Origin: Balanoglossus misakiensis | Taxonomy: Eukaryota; Animalia; Hemichordata | Length of the DNA: 64,000 bases | Direction: 5' to 3' | Assembly (NCBI GenBank): GCA_040954595.2 | Contig: CM082581.2 | Location: 6,812,699-6,876,698 of the forward strand | Part shown: positions 24,594-38,700 of the stretch, piece after piece | Position numbering within the stretch: the stretch's first letter is position 1 | Layout: each line of letters begins with the position of its first letter | Made by a program: the position numbers and the translations under genes | The notes under the pieces: model-generated | Database searches by the model: none | What the model was told of the DNA's origin: nothing | The model's input: only the letters and a program-made list of their open reading frames with translations

Positions 24594-27500
24594 GTATGTT
24601 TTTCTGGAGGATTTGAAATTGTTTCCGGATGAACACTACTTGGGAAGGGTAAGTAATTGTCTTTGGTACGTGCTTTCTGCATCAAAACTGCAACCTCACC
24701 TCAAGCGCCAGGCAGATTATTTCTTCACGTACGCCTATCGTCCGTACGCAGCGTACATTTATACTGCATTTATTTATTTCTCAAAAAGTTGGTTACCGAA
24801 GTGAGTTTTCGCTTGTAAGGCTTTGGATGATGTTGTTAAATAGTAAAATATCAGTCGGTTCGATTGCGCGATATTGGCTTCATTTGGACCCAAAGCAACG
24901 AACATGTCATGATTTTTGTGCAAGACGAAACCAGCTGATCTCACCGGCGCAACCCATACATGATCACCATAATGATCATCGTACCATAACAAATCTTACT
25001 TTTTCTGTGACGTCGTGACCACGTTTGAAATCCCATCGGATGACGCATGTGTCATTTTAGGATCGGGTTCGATCGACAAACGTCGAACAGTGTGTAATTT
25101 GCCCATCGTACAACGCATTCGTTCGCGAACATGACAGAACGACGTGATATGTCAGGTTTCAGTTTAGGAGATCGAGAGGCCATTCGGTTTATCTCTAACC
25201 ACAGGGCATCGATGAGGGGGCCCAGCGTGGGTTATACCGTTCTGTATGCAGTTTTGATTTCGATTATTTATCAATTTTGTTCCTCATTTAAAAATAAAGA
25301 AGTAACCGAAAACGTGAATCTGCTATATATACTAAGGAAATAATTTCACTTTGAGTCACGGTAGGATTTCACTGAGCATTGTTTATTGACCAAGAACGAG
25401 ACCCCTGCGAATAAACACAGCAGTGAGCTAATTAATCGTGAGGTCAGTACTATTACTCCCAGTGATCAGGGCAGTGTAAGTGTTGTTAGTTCATTTCAGG
25501 GTAGGGATATTATGTCACCCAAGGATGTGAGTGAGTGACTTTCATCTGACAATTGGTGTTGTCCTCTGACGAGGTCAGTCTTTACCTGGTGACTTTTTTT
25601 CATGGTTTTAAACAATTGTTCGCATCTGTGTGTCACTGGTATATAAAGTGACCACCTTTGGAGATGTTGTGTATGGCACCATGCCAAGACTTTTAAAACC
25701 AGAAACGGTTTGATTCGCGTCAAGGTTATGGCTAACAATTCATAAAAGGAATCACAGCGACCTTGCTGTTTTTGATCAGCTTCAAGAATGTTTCCATTAT
25801 TTGCTGTAATTGTGACGTACGCAGAAGGTTGACAAATGTCATCATGAACTATAAATCTGAGCAGCATCTACCTTTAATACATACAACAAATTTGCTTTTG
25901 AGATATTAATGTTTTATAATGTTAACTGTCCTTTCATATTAGCATCCAAGTAATCAAGAATACATTCAAGTTTTTGAAGTTTTTTCACTCACTGATTATG
26001 ACTTACACTGAACTGCATAAATGTATGCTGTAAGTTACAGTATACATTTATGCAGTTCAGTATGTGTTCACTAGGTTTCATACAGGTTAATAATACAATT
26101 AGGCTCTTGTAACGACAAACCCAAGTACTCATTCAACTTTGGCCTGTGAATCATTTAGTATTGTGGGAATCAAAGTCATCTGTGATTATACATGTATAAT
26201 CAAATTGGAACAGAGAGAGGAAGTTGAATTCATTTAGTTTAAATTTATTGCAATTGTAAAAATAATTAGTCAGCTGAAAGAGGTCAATCTTCGGACAATG
26301 CACTGCATGGACCTTCAGGTTGGTCCTTTTTCTGCAAGTAAACAACTCTTCTTTTGTGATTTGTTAGACATTTTCAGTAAATGAATTTGAGTTTACTGCT
26401 TGCGTGAGACCATTTACTTTTTTTACCAGGAGGGTCTTGTAAATGACCTTGTCCTCATTTGCTTTTCATGTTGGATCCTGGGCCACAGCTTTAGTATGTA
26501 GTCATTTATTTATCCAATTTATAAATCTTTAATGAAATTCAAATCAGATGTAGGGTACAGTGATGTCTTTTACTTACATGTCGCGGTATTCCTAGCTGCC
26601 GCCTCAATACCGCACCGCGTAAGTCAAAGATGTTGCCATACCCTACATCAAAAGATTGTAGACACTGGAGAAGGCACCAGAACACTATGAGTCTCGATGG
26701 GGCTACACCCATGCTGCTGAGTTCAAAAGTCCACTTAGACAATAGCGTTGTAAGGCTATTGTGTGACACACAAGAGAGTAGGAAAATATGGTGGTTTAAA
26801 AGTACATGTACTTAGAATATAGTCTTATCTCATTGGCTTGAATCCTTGAACTTTACAGAAAATCAACAATTTAAGCTCGTCTAGCCAGCTGTACCAAGCC
26901 GACAGTTCCTTTGTAATATTGGGAAGTTGCTATTTATTTTATACCTAGGCTTCAGTTTATGACTTGAAATGTATGGTCGTGGAATGTGCCTTATTAGCTG
27001 TTGCCATGGATTCCACATACATAAGACTTGACATGTCTGATCATGCTTGATGTAATTCATTTGTGTATATTTAATTTGACAGATGTAGTCATCTACAATA
27101 CACGGTCAAATAGCTTGAACTGCAGAGGGTGAATTTCAGTCTATCCTGATCTAGGCACAAAGTATCAACCAGGTTGAAACCTGTAGGAATTTACTGTCAT
27201 TACCCTGTTGATTGCAAGTAGTGTTAACAACTTGCTGTATTTTGCCCCTCATCAGTCAGTCAGTGGCTACAGTTTTGTTAAGTCAGCCAAGGCACATTTT
27301 CACTGTTGACCCGTTATTGCCTATTTTCTTCCAGGAGGAAGTTGAATATTTAATGTTAAATTATGAAACACTCCAGGAGTGTTGATTTCTAACTTCACCC
27401 TCCAACAGAGAGGTTAATCATGTATTGTCACAGGGGAACAATAGCATCGTCAACTCTTCAACTGTAAAATAACTTCCATGCCTTTCCTCAGATTTGTCAA

Positions 27501-29718
27501 TAGATGTGAGATCAGCTGATTCTCGTTCATGTTTCAGTTAATTCTAAGGGTTTAGAGATCACAACCATCTAATGAAACAAAGGACCAGATTTCACAATTA
27601 ACCTTTGCATGCACTGTATGTATGTGTACATGAATGTATTGATCATATGTAAGGTCCTTGGCCTACTGGAAAGAGATTCATGAACTTTGAAAAGTTTTTG
27701 GGGTCATTAGCGTGTTGCCTTTGTATTTCTGCCAGTTGTGTCGAAAACTTTTTCTCGTCCTAAACATTTACTGAGCGAAAATTGGCCTAGACTCTTGTCG
27801 TCTTGACATGATGTAACGCCACTTGTAAATACATGTGTTCACTGTAAATGGAGGGTCTCTTGTCAAGAATACTATTCTTGGTAATTCTGTTATGGTTGTA
27901 CTTGTAGTGGATGATCCTGAAGGAAGGAAGTCAAAGTGGGTGTGATGTGATAGTGAAGCTTGAGAATAGCTAGTAGGTGGGATTAAAGGAGAATGACAGT
28001 TTTCAAGAGGGCAGAGGTACATTGTAGTATTTTCATTTTAAAAAATACACTATTTAAAATTTAAAAATACAATTTTCTTCTGGAATTTCTCGGAAAATTT
28101 GGAACATTACTAGTCAATACCATTGATTTCAGTGTGAATAACTCTGACTGCTATAAAATCTCTGTATAAATTATTACCGTAGCCAGACGCCATTGTGTAA
28201 TTTCTGTCACCTTTGGTCGTCGTACTCATAAAATGTCTTCTCGTCTGGTAGCCTACCTAGCAACTTGTTTCCAGTAACATGTTGCTGTATTTTACTTAGA
28301 TACAGTCAACACTTGTGTGCTCAAGTAACCTTTGACCTCTCACATGATGTGTGAACTTATGTGCCGACAGTGTGAACTTTGGCCCGATGATAGATGTTGC
28401 CTGTGTTAACTGGAATGTAGCAATCCTTTTGAGCGGGCAGAAAGTTCTAGGAGGTGGGCAGGAAAGTAAGAGCACACACGTAAATGTACTTCATGGAAAT
28501 GACGTGAAATATGACGATGGATGGTTTTTTGCTTGCTTGATACCTGACCTGACCCACACACACGTACACATCTCTCGTGACTGTCTACATACATCAACAT
28601 GTACTTACTTGTAGCAGCCATAAATTTTCAGTCTTATCGAATACAGAGTGACCACTTTCTGAATTTTAGTGATGGTTGGTGCGAATATTGCAGTGGTGTT
28701 GGTGCAGGAAAATTTTGGTATTATTATTTGATGAGAGTAGATATGCTTTTGTCGTGTTCTATTATAAAAGTATGTGTACAGTACAGGTACAATCTCTGAA
28801 GGTCAGTGTATGTAACAGTCTATGGAGTATTCTGTTACAGTACCAAACTCATCCTCTTTAATGTACATGTATCTACCTCTCTTGATCGTATCAAAATTAA
28901 ATACCAGTTCGTTCAAAATGCTAATTTTCAGAATGCTAATTAATTCCTGTCGCTGATTATTCATATGCTAATGAGAGAATTTTGAATTGGTGTCTCCTTT
29001 ATGTAGACTTTCTCTACAATGCAGTGAGCGCTAATGACTAGACATTTTGATGGCAAATTGGTGTAAAGAATAGGTAGATCACTGATTTACATGATACCGG
29101 TATAAAAGTGATGTCTGTTGTGACATGTTTGTACATGAACTCTTTGGTTTCACTGGAGTCTGTTGTAATTAAAATTTTGGAATAATATTATCAAAATGCT
29201 GTTCATTAAAAAGCTTGTAAATATGGTAGGAAAGCATGGAAAGTGAGAGAAATGTTTTTTTGTAAATTCTTCTAAATTTCTGTTTATTTTCAATTTTTTT
29301 TAGGTATCAGACTTCTACCAGCAGCACTGTAGAGGTTCATGAAGAGTGCCGGGTATTTTGAGGCAGTTGTTACAGACATCTGGATACAGGGGGTGAAGTC
29401 AGATGATGTGTACGTAGACATGTACATCTTGAAGTTCACTCGTGTCTAAAATGTGGTAAGACTGCACAGTACGGAGCACAAAGGCTGCTGGGAAGATCTC
29501 TTCAGGCATCCTTCCGACCGGCCAAGCAAACTTCACCTGCTCGGTTAGTTGTTCTGTTCGACCGATTTCGTTAAGAGAGAGCAATAACTGAAGAAGAAAA
29601 AAATGGAGTAGACAGTCTTTATCAGGTGACTGTGACAATCGCGCTCACCAAGTACCAGTCTTTGTAACAGAGCTTGTTGTTTGGAGACATAGCCACCCCC
29701 TTGGAAGAGAGGAGAACC

Positions 29719-32700
29719 ATGTCTCTGTATACCTTGCCGTCGGTGCAGAGCTGGCTGGGTCACGAACTGGAGGTACGGGGCATCGATGCCATGATCTACA
29801 CCCGGTACATCCTCAGTATCTTGCAGCAGGACAACTTGGATGTGGAACGAGAGTTGCAGCAGTCACCGTCAAGGAAGGAGATCCACGCGGGGCGGCCCAA
29901 GGGGAAGAGCCAGAGGAGGCCCAGAAGTGTGGATGTGGAGGAGCTGAAGAAGACCACGGTGGTTGAATGTTTGCAGTCTGTAGCTGATCAGGTGTGTTAA
30001 CTTAACTTCCCTTCTCATTGCAGTGTTACAGCCGGTTGCACATCACTTTGCTGTAGCACATGTACAAACTGTACATAAGACATACGATTTGTTTATCTAA
30101 CACAGACAAGAGGAAGAGATAAGAACAGCAGCCAACTTTGATTAATGATTTGAATGACATTGTCCAACCTGTAATCAAAACGCAACCAGATTTATCGGGC
30201 AAAGTGACCTGAAACCGGCTGTATTTTAGTTTAACCATATTCGTGGTGCATTTTTCTGTGTGTGGGATCCATCTTTACCAGTAATAACATAGTGCATAAA
30301 TTATGTTAATTAATATATCCTGCACATTTACATGCATCAGTTATGTTAATTAGCAATGTCACTAACTGGGGTAGAACCCTGGCCTATGTGTGTGTTCACA
30401 TGCAATATGAAAAATGTTCTTGTTTCACTATAAAAAAAATTAAAAAGTATAATGTTCAGTTGAAATTTTCAATTTGGTATTTCCTATGTTGCTTTTTTTA
30501 TAAGGCTATATAAATTTTTATCCTGGTATGCAGGTATAACCACAGATTATTGTTGCCTAGTACAACCATGCAGTACACTTTATATTTGTCCTGGCAATTC
30601 TCGCCAAGTATTTCTTGGCATGACTGTCAATAAGGTCTACATGTATCCTGGCTCTTGCATCAAGCATGTGTTCTTTATGTGGTGTTTCTCATGAAAAGTC
30701 AATAGGACGTGATGTCATTCCCAGCTAGAGGAGTTAACAATTATTGATTTCACACCATACCACTCATCCACAGTGTGACATTCATATAAGCATTGATTCA
30801 AAATAGTTGACCTTGCCTTGTGGATATTAGTTGGCATACAATGCATTATAACCTTGTAGGTGAGTACGTGAAACAATATTTGGCCTCCAAGCCCCCTATG
30901 TTATGAACACGTAACTGGATCCAAGATTACTGCCCAAGCTGGCGTTAATGAACCATTTTGGATTGTGTATACATGTTTTCCAGGGTAGTACCAGTGTTTC
31001 TGCCCAGTTGCATGAAGTCACGGTATCTGCCAGTGAAGCAAAGACATCAAAGCAGTTGTGTTCAGCTTAAAGTATAAAGTGAATTCCAGTCAATTGCTTT
31101 ATTCTGTTCTTTTAAGTTTTCCCGTGGAATCTATTGTCCTTGATGACAATTATTTTTAGAAATTTAAGATCCGTTTCAAACCCCTCAATATTCTAACGCC
31201 TAAAAAGGTATGCAAATAAAACCTTCTAAATACAGATGTTATTGAAATGTCATTGTGCCCTCTGACAGATTTTTTTGCATCAGTTTGAGGATTCTGACAA
31301 ATTTCTGTGCATCTATCTTATACATGTACATTTGCATGTAATATTCTTGTATCACAATTTCACATGAGAATGTTTTGCATCAAGGACATGTCATATCGAC
31401 ACAGTGAGTGGCGCACCACTGATCAGATCTCCGTCCTTCACCCCTTGCAGACTATTTAATGTCCCCCACGAATATGATTATATCATGGATATGCATAATT
31501 TAGATGAATCCCTTCTCCAACACTATTTGTGTTGGCGTATCCATGGTGAATAGAATTTACGGTATGTGACTGGAAAATAAAATATATGATCAGTTTCCTA
31601 ATAATGAAAATGGAAACCAGGATATATATTTTTGTACAGTGATATTAGAAGCAATCATAAGATTGCAATTATAGGCATTTCCACATACATCTAAGCGATA
31701 TCAAGATTGATATAATTTTTTAAGCCCCCAAGGTGCATAATAGTATTATACATTATGGTTCAAATTACACTTACAGGATGGGCAACATATTGTGGGTCAC
31801 GCGGTGACCTCACACAGGAGTTATTTTTGGAATAAAGTGAAATACTGCTGGCAGAGCGGTGTAAACCTGGCATGCAAATGTGTGGGAGTGACAATGGCAA
31901 TCACTGCGTGTGTGTATATAAATCTGTTGGTGTTATTGCAAGTCAAGTCAGCTGACAAACGTCAGTTTCATTCATTATTCAAATCTCGTGATATGTTAGT
32001 TTCAATACACATGGTACATATGTACTACATATTCATGCGAAAAAAAGAGATCCAGTGGCAGTTCGTTTTCGCGACTTTTGAAAACAATTCTGCATAACAC
32101 TTGGTTAGTTTTCTGTGGTTGGATGTCACAGGAACAGGGTACATATACATGATGTACTTGTATGTTCCACATATGGGCAACCACTGATGCATGTGTAAGA
32201 GTTGGGTACTAACTACTGTACTGTATTTCCAAGCTGTAAGATAGCAACTGACCAACGTTTTCATGAAAGCTTGGCTACGTAAGATGTATACAAACATCCG
32301 GACGACTTGAATAGTTTAAGTGTTATGTTTTGCATTAGACATACCTGGTGGTCAGTTGGTTAATGCACTTACATGCGCCTAGCAACCTGCATGTGGTTAT
32401 TCATCATTTTGATGTATAAATGTACAGTAGGTAACTTTAAACCATGATTATTTTGTCTGTTCGGCGGCTATTGCTGAGCAATGAAGCTCTTGCCAGTTTT
32501 CTGCAAGCAGCCTAGGGAATCCAATCGGAATAACTTTCACATAGTTTGGATTCCTCTGGAAGAGAGCACGGAGAAATCCAGTGTCATCTCGCAATCTTCC
32601 GAGACAAACTTGTTTGTTTCTTCGAGATGCGAAAATGGCGATCTCTGACGCCTGATGGTAGGGTTTCATCTCTTGCGTATATGAGGAGAGAATTTGGCTT

Positions 32701-35700
32701 TCCCTGCATTCTCATGGATATTCTGCAGTCCTCAAAGACGTGCCACTTCCGAGAGTGTTGTTGTTGTTGTCGTCAAGGCCTGGCCGGTAATATGCAGGCA
32801 ACTTGTTTTTACAGAAGATCTTGGCACAAGTGAAGAATTCATACTCAAAATTATGGTAAATGTTGTAAGGTCATGCTTTGCTATGCTGCCCACTTTGATC
32901 TGTGGCACAGTTGTTATTTTTTGTTCTCAAGATCACAAGTTGACATATACTTGGTGAAATAACAGAATTAAGTTTACAGGTCGCATAGTCAACTTTAGGA
33001 GCCACTGTTTTCAACACATAAGTTTATAGACAGAATCCAGTATTTGTTGCCAAAACACTTGTAACATACATTTGATGGGTTAGTAATGTTGACAATTTTT
33101 GTATGTTCCTGAAAAGATTTTGAGCCCAAAGAACAATTTCAAGAAGTACATGTATCATTTGAATTTGTTTAATATTTGATGGAATGACATTACACCAGGT
33201 AATGTCTGAGTACGGTGCAGAGTATTCTCATATACTGTGCATGGTGTTAGAACTTTGACCATGAATCTTCAGATTTACTTTAAAAGGGTCCCCTTGATAT
33301 TTCTGTCAGCTTTGTGTCATAATATTGCGTACATGTATATGTATAGAGCTCCTATTTCAATGAACTCACTGACCTCAGTGTTTGGGGGCCCATTGTGAGG
33401 GAATTCCAGAATAGGCAAGTGAAATTCCCTGGCAGTCAAGAATCTCTTTCTGTTTTTTTCATTGGTGTGTGTAAAATTCAGGCAGATGTTCAAGTTGATA
33501 GTAATGTAATTCTTGTAAAGGCAGTAATATTCTCCTGTCCAGGGAAATGGTACATGGAAGTATTTCCATCTTGGGTATCCCGTGTGAATCCCAGAGGACA
33601 TTGACAAGCGCCACTGATCATGATTATCATCATGTGTGACTTGTTTACAGCTTGAGGTTTTTCTCCCAGTGAATTGACACACTTTTTCTGCTTTCTGTGA
33701 TCCGTGATAAATGTGAAATGCAATCCGTCAGCGTAATGCAAACCCACAGCGTACATTTCTATCTTGATTTGCTTTCTAAGTGCATTTTGCAGTGGAGTCC
33801 AGTAGTTTGTATTGTCTTTGCTCAGGCCAGCATATTTTTGTTGAGAGTTATTAGATTAGTTTATTAAAATTAAAAAGCCAGTTTTTGGTGATTTCTCAAT
33901 TTTCTGTAAAAAGGGATAGCCATATAATATGACATGCCAAATTGTATTATGTATAGAGCTGAGTAATCCCATTTCGTCAGTGATTTTTATGCGTTGTGCA
34001 GCGTATACCATCCCCAAACCCACTACTTTCCAAATTGGCATATTGTTTACCTGGAGGTGAAAATTTATGTCAAGGACGGTTATTTTTATACACTGTTCAT
34101 TTAAAACCCTATCAGCTGCTGCAAATCTGTCGTTTGCAAATAAAGTGTAAAATATTGTGATTTTCATTTACAGTCACCACCTTCCCAGCCCTGCCATGTT
34201 CCCATGTTCAAAGATTCTAATATATATCCATCAATAGAAATATTATTGATTTTTGTCTAATGCAGTGTAGGCAATATTGACACATGTAATTCATTCCAAT
34301 AATCGATGTAAGAGACATATAACACGTACAACATGCAATCACAGATTATAAAGTAAGTTACTGACGTTTTCTCTTTGTTATCACAAATTTCCTGAATTAT
34401 GATGGGTACATGTGACACTGACACAGTTTGAATGACCCCTAATGAAATAAGTGGTAAGGTCACGCTTTGGCAGCCCTCCAAAACATTCTTGTGGTTTAGT
34501 GGCTTTGTACATACATGTAACATTAACACCATCAACTCTATCATCAGAAGAAGTATCCTGGTTCATACTGAAACTGTGAGTGTACGAATCATGTGTGTTA
34601 AAACTTACGAAAGTATTGTGACATTGAAATGACCTGGTTAAAAGCAATGTCTTGGTTCTTCTCAGTTTCAAGGTCTGCCAAGGTCTTTGACTTGGTGCCA
34701 GGAATTCCTGTGGTTATCAAGTGTGTCCAGCTGAAATTTGAGATGAAAGTTACAGTTGTTGGAAACAAACAGACCATGTACATGTACTTGCTGGTTGATG
34801 TTCTCCTCCCCGTGGATTCATTCCTGGTTTGATCCAGTTCTTTTTCTGAAGGTTGATGGAAAGTGGGACCTTTTGTGCAAGGAAACTTAACATGAAGTCA
34901 AGTCTGTGGATAGCTGTGTCAAGCAAATCTCTGTAACTTGTAAGCAAATACACGTACATGTACATAGGTACAGTAATAATTTGTGTATGACTTATAACTG
35001 AATTGACAGTTTCAGATGTAAGTACAGTGTCATATATTTATGTGCAGCACCTGTTATACAACTTATTCTAGAATTTGCTTCTGGATACTTTCTTTGAAGC
35101 TGGGGTTGCAGAGACCTGTTTCCTCAACATTGCAATCTTGTTTTGATACAGGTAGGATAGATTGCACAGAACACAAAAACTGTAGCCCCATTACTTGATC
35201 CTGGGGACTGTCGGGGATTTCTCTGCTGTTTCCCCTATCGTCAAGTGGCACCTTGAAAACTTGTACGAGTGCCAAGTCAGCTATTGAAATCTGTGATGAA
35301 CACCACATCGAGTGATTAAGTATTGAAAAATGCTACCAGCTATACTAGGAAAGCTGACTCATGTCGTGTTTGGTGCTGTTTTTTGTATGTTTGCAGTGCT
35401 TTCGTTATGTTATACTGGGACGTCTTTACGAGTTACGAAACCGTTTGTAAAGTCTGATGTATACATTCTGGTATGCTGCTTTCAACATGAATAGTTATAG
35501 AAATCTACTTGTATTCTAAGAATCAACCTCATAAAAACACAGCGATGGAGGATATTAGAGCTGACACATTTCATTCTTGTTTTTTTATCAATTTCCTCTT
35601 TTATGTTAGTGGCTTTGTGCTTTCATGGTGTCTTGACATTACTGATTTCGAGATTCCCAGTGTATGTATGATCATGGATCTGTGATTCTGCTACTTGTCC

Positions 35701-38700
35701 CGGAAAATCTTAACACACTGTGTACTCATTTCCAATCACTGTACGCATTTACAATGTAGTGTCATCATCAATCAGTTTACTGAGTGACACACATGTGCAT
35801 GTTCGCATGAGGTACAGTGTCTGTGTCTCCTGTAATTCTCTGATGCCTCGCCAGTCATACCTCTGGCGATATGAAGCCCCTGTCGGAGTGCTTTGATGTC
35901 GATACCCATTCCTTTAACTCAGCCAAAGAGCAAATAAACACTGGGAATCAATTTTAAAGGGACGGCCTTGCGGAATAACTGTTTGTGACTGGCCTCTGAC
36001 ATAAAAATGTTATGTGGCCACTCCACTGAAAAATAGTCTTAGAATAAGCCTACTTTAACTGTCGGGGAACACGTTTTAAAAGTTTGCCATTTCCACTTAT
36101 TGAGGAACACTAAAAATCCTGTAAAAGTCAGATTACACTTGTTTTTGCAAGTGTCAGTGCCCCCTGTGATTGAAACTTGAATCGGGAATACCAGTAACAG
36201 AAAATCCCTGATCAAGTGACATTGTCTTGGTTGCCAGTTAGAAACTCCATCACTGCCAAGAATTGTCCTTTAATATCATTGTGTCATCAGTAAGGAGAAT
36301 TGACTTCATTTATAAAAAACTTCTGACATGTACATGTAATCACGTTTTGGATGCGTTTTTATTTTTCTCTCGACCCAGGAATGCGACATTGAAAACTTGG
36401 TTGATGAGCTGTGTACCCGACTGAAGAGTCTGCAAGCAGAGCAGTCGGCTGGGAATAGCCTGGTGCCTAGTCATCGAGATTTACACAGCTGTGATTCCGA
36501 CAGCGAGTGTTTAGACTCACCTGACAATGAGGCCGAGGGGTAAGAAGCAATCATTTGTAGTGATTTTTTGTGTGTGTGTAGTGTGTTGTGCCATTGGTGT
36601 AAAGGTAGTATTTAACTTGCATTGAGATATATAATCAATGCCACATCATGTTCACATACTGCCGCTGTGTTGTCATCACAGCTGATGTGTTGACAGTTGG
36701 ATTATCTTGTTGTGTGAACCTTAATTGAACACACAGCGAATCAAATCCTTTATTTTGACATGAATGGTTATAAGCTTGGTGAGTGATTGTTTGAAAAGTC
36801 AGCGGAAGTCAAAATTAGTTTCAGCATATCTATGTAGGATTACTCTTACAGGTATCATGGGCTTCATGCACTAATACCAATATCCAATTGCTTTAAAATG
36901 CCAGCTTACAGAGGATGATAAAAATGTATGTGGGTATTGACTGAAAAAATTGAGAATTTTTAAATAGAAAAGTCACTTTCGGTGATATTTTATAAATGAG
37001 GGATATTTATCGAGCAGTTTTAATATTCTAGTTTATTCAAGAATTCCTGATAACTTCAAAAGACTTGCCTGTTCTTTGTGTGGCTGTCAATAGCTCCCCT
37101 ACTTGGCGCCTCTGACAGATTAAAGTGTCCAAGGATTTTGCTGCCAGTAATTGAAGTACATGTATATGACACAGTAGTCAGCAAGAGCTTCGAGCTGTCA
37201 ATCTGACAACCTGAACAAGGAAATAAAGAAAATACCTAACAATTGTTGCATGGAAAATACAATAATGCAAGGTTACAGTGTGCATCACATCAAAGGAGGA
37301 ATAATTTCACGATATGTGTGAGGGCACTGTTGCCTTGAAGATTAAAATATGATTTCATATCTGTCAAGGTAACACAGAAGACAGAAAAGCCTACATCTCT
37401 GTCTTATACGCATGCAAGCAAGGTGACTACAATTCTCCAGATTCAGTTTTACTCGTCATTTTCAAAAGCTTATAAAACTTAATGAATATTCCTTTGCAAT
37501 ATGCCAGTAGAACTGAAATCAAGTGTGTAAATTTTAAATATAGTCAGCCATCTGAAAGAATAATTTATATTCTCCCAAGGATATTGACTTATCACAAACC
37601 ACTAGACATTATTAACCAATCTATCAAGTATAAGATACAGTAGTCCCAGTGAATGCTGCTCTCTGTGGTGTTATTTAGGATTTTTTATTGGCAAGCCATA
37701 ACAGTTTTGTGCACTCCGACAAAGATATACAGCACATCTCTATTAAAAGTATTTGCTATAAAGGGGGGCATATCGAATACACTGACCCCAAAGAAGGCAG
37801 CTTCTGTAATTGGATTAAAACGGAGTACAATACACTGGTACTGTTAGCTTAATTGATTTCTTTTGAAGCTCGTGAATTCAAATTGCTCTTTTCACAGTTA
37901 TTGTATTTATAGCTGTGATTGGATTTCACTTGATTCAAAACAATACATGTATAGGTTGCCTGCCTATTTTGCAAGTCCCTGCAACCGTCGACCCTTGAGC
38001 AATCCAGGGTCTATGTTTTAGCAGCTGTCTGTTCATATTCAGATGATGTGTTTTGAATAATTGGCATACTCTGTGACACAAGTATGTTTTGATTGATCAA
38101 GTGTTGCTTCTTTGCCTTGCAATATCAGATTCTTCATTACTATTAAAATTACATAATGACACTTTTCTTTTGTGTTTGTCTCCTTGCCTACGCAGGTATT
38201 ACGAAGCCTTTCCAGCTCTGAGCGATAAAACCAACCTGATGCCTCCGGAGCCCAAACCATGGGGATCTTCTTGGGCCAGCCGGTGTCGGGGTGATTCCTC
38301 AGCGGACAAGTCTCCCGAGAGAAACGACGGCAGCAAGCTCCCCCGCGAGTCTCTGAACAACAACAACAAGCAGTCGAGGAAGAGCAAGTCGGCATCCATG
38401 TCCAGGAACAGCACCACTCCGACGCGAAGACATCAGCGCAAGTACAGTCTGCCGGAGAACACCCTGGTGCTGCCCAAGAGTCCAGGGCCCAGTCAGCGTG
38501 CCGGCTGCCAGAAAGCCAAAACCTCGAGGGAGTCGATTCGCCGAGGAAATGATAAGGTCCCTGGAAAGGAAGCTGGCAGCGCTAGACAGGGAAATCCGGA
38601 CGTCACAGCCGGCACTGGTGTGGAAGAGATGGGGAAACGCATCGGCAAGAACGGCACTTTTGAGGGCTTGTTTGTCCCCTCGACCCAGGAGGACCTGAAG

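Noticed and set aside
32345-32400. tRNA A-box-like TGGTGGTCAGTTGGTTAA
   Set aside because: No B-box (GTTCRA) or cloverleaf follows; at most a decayed SINE fragment.
25000-36300. Short ORFs in the long KIAA0232 introns as possible nested genes
   Set aside because: AT-rich, with no recognisable homology or consistent exon chain on either strand.
38089-38195. Hydrophobic, signal-peptide-like start of the 1034-aa ORF
   Set aside because: It is the polypyrimidine tract of the intron; the exon begins at 38196.
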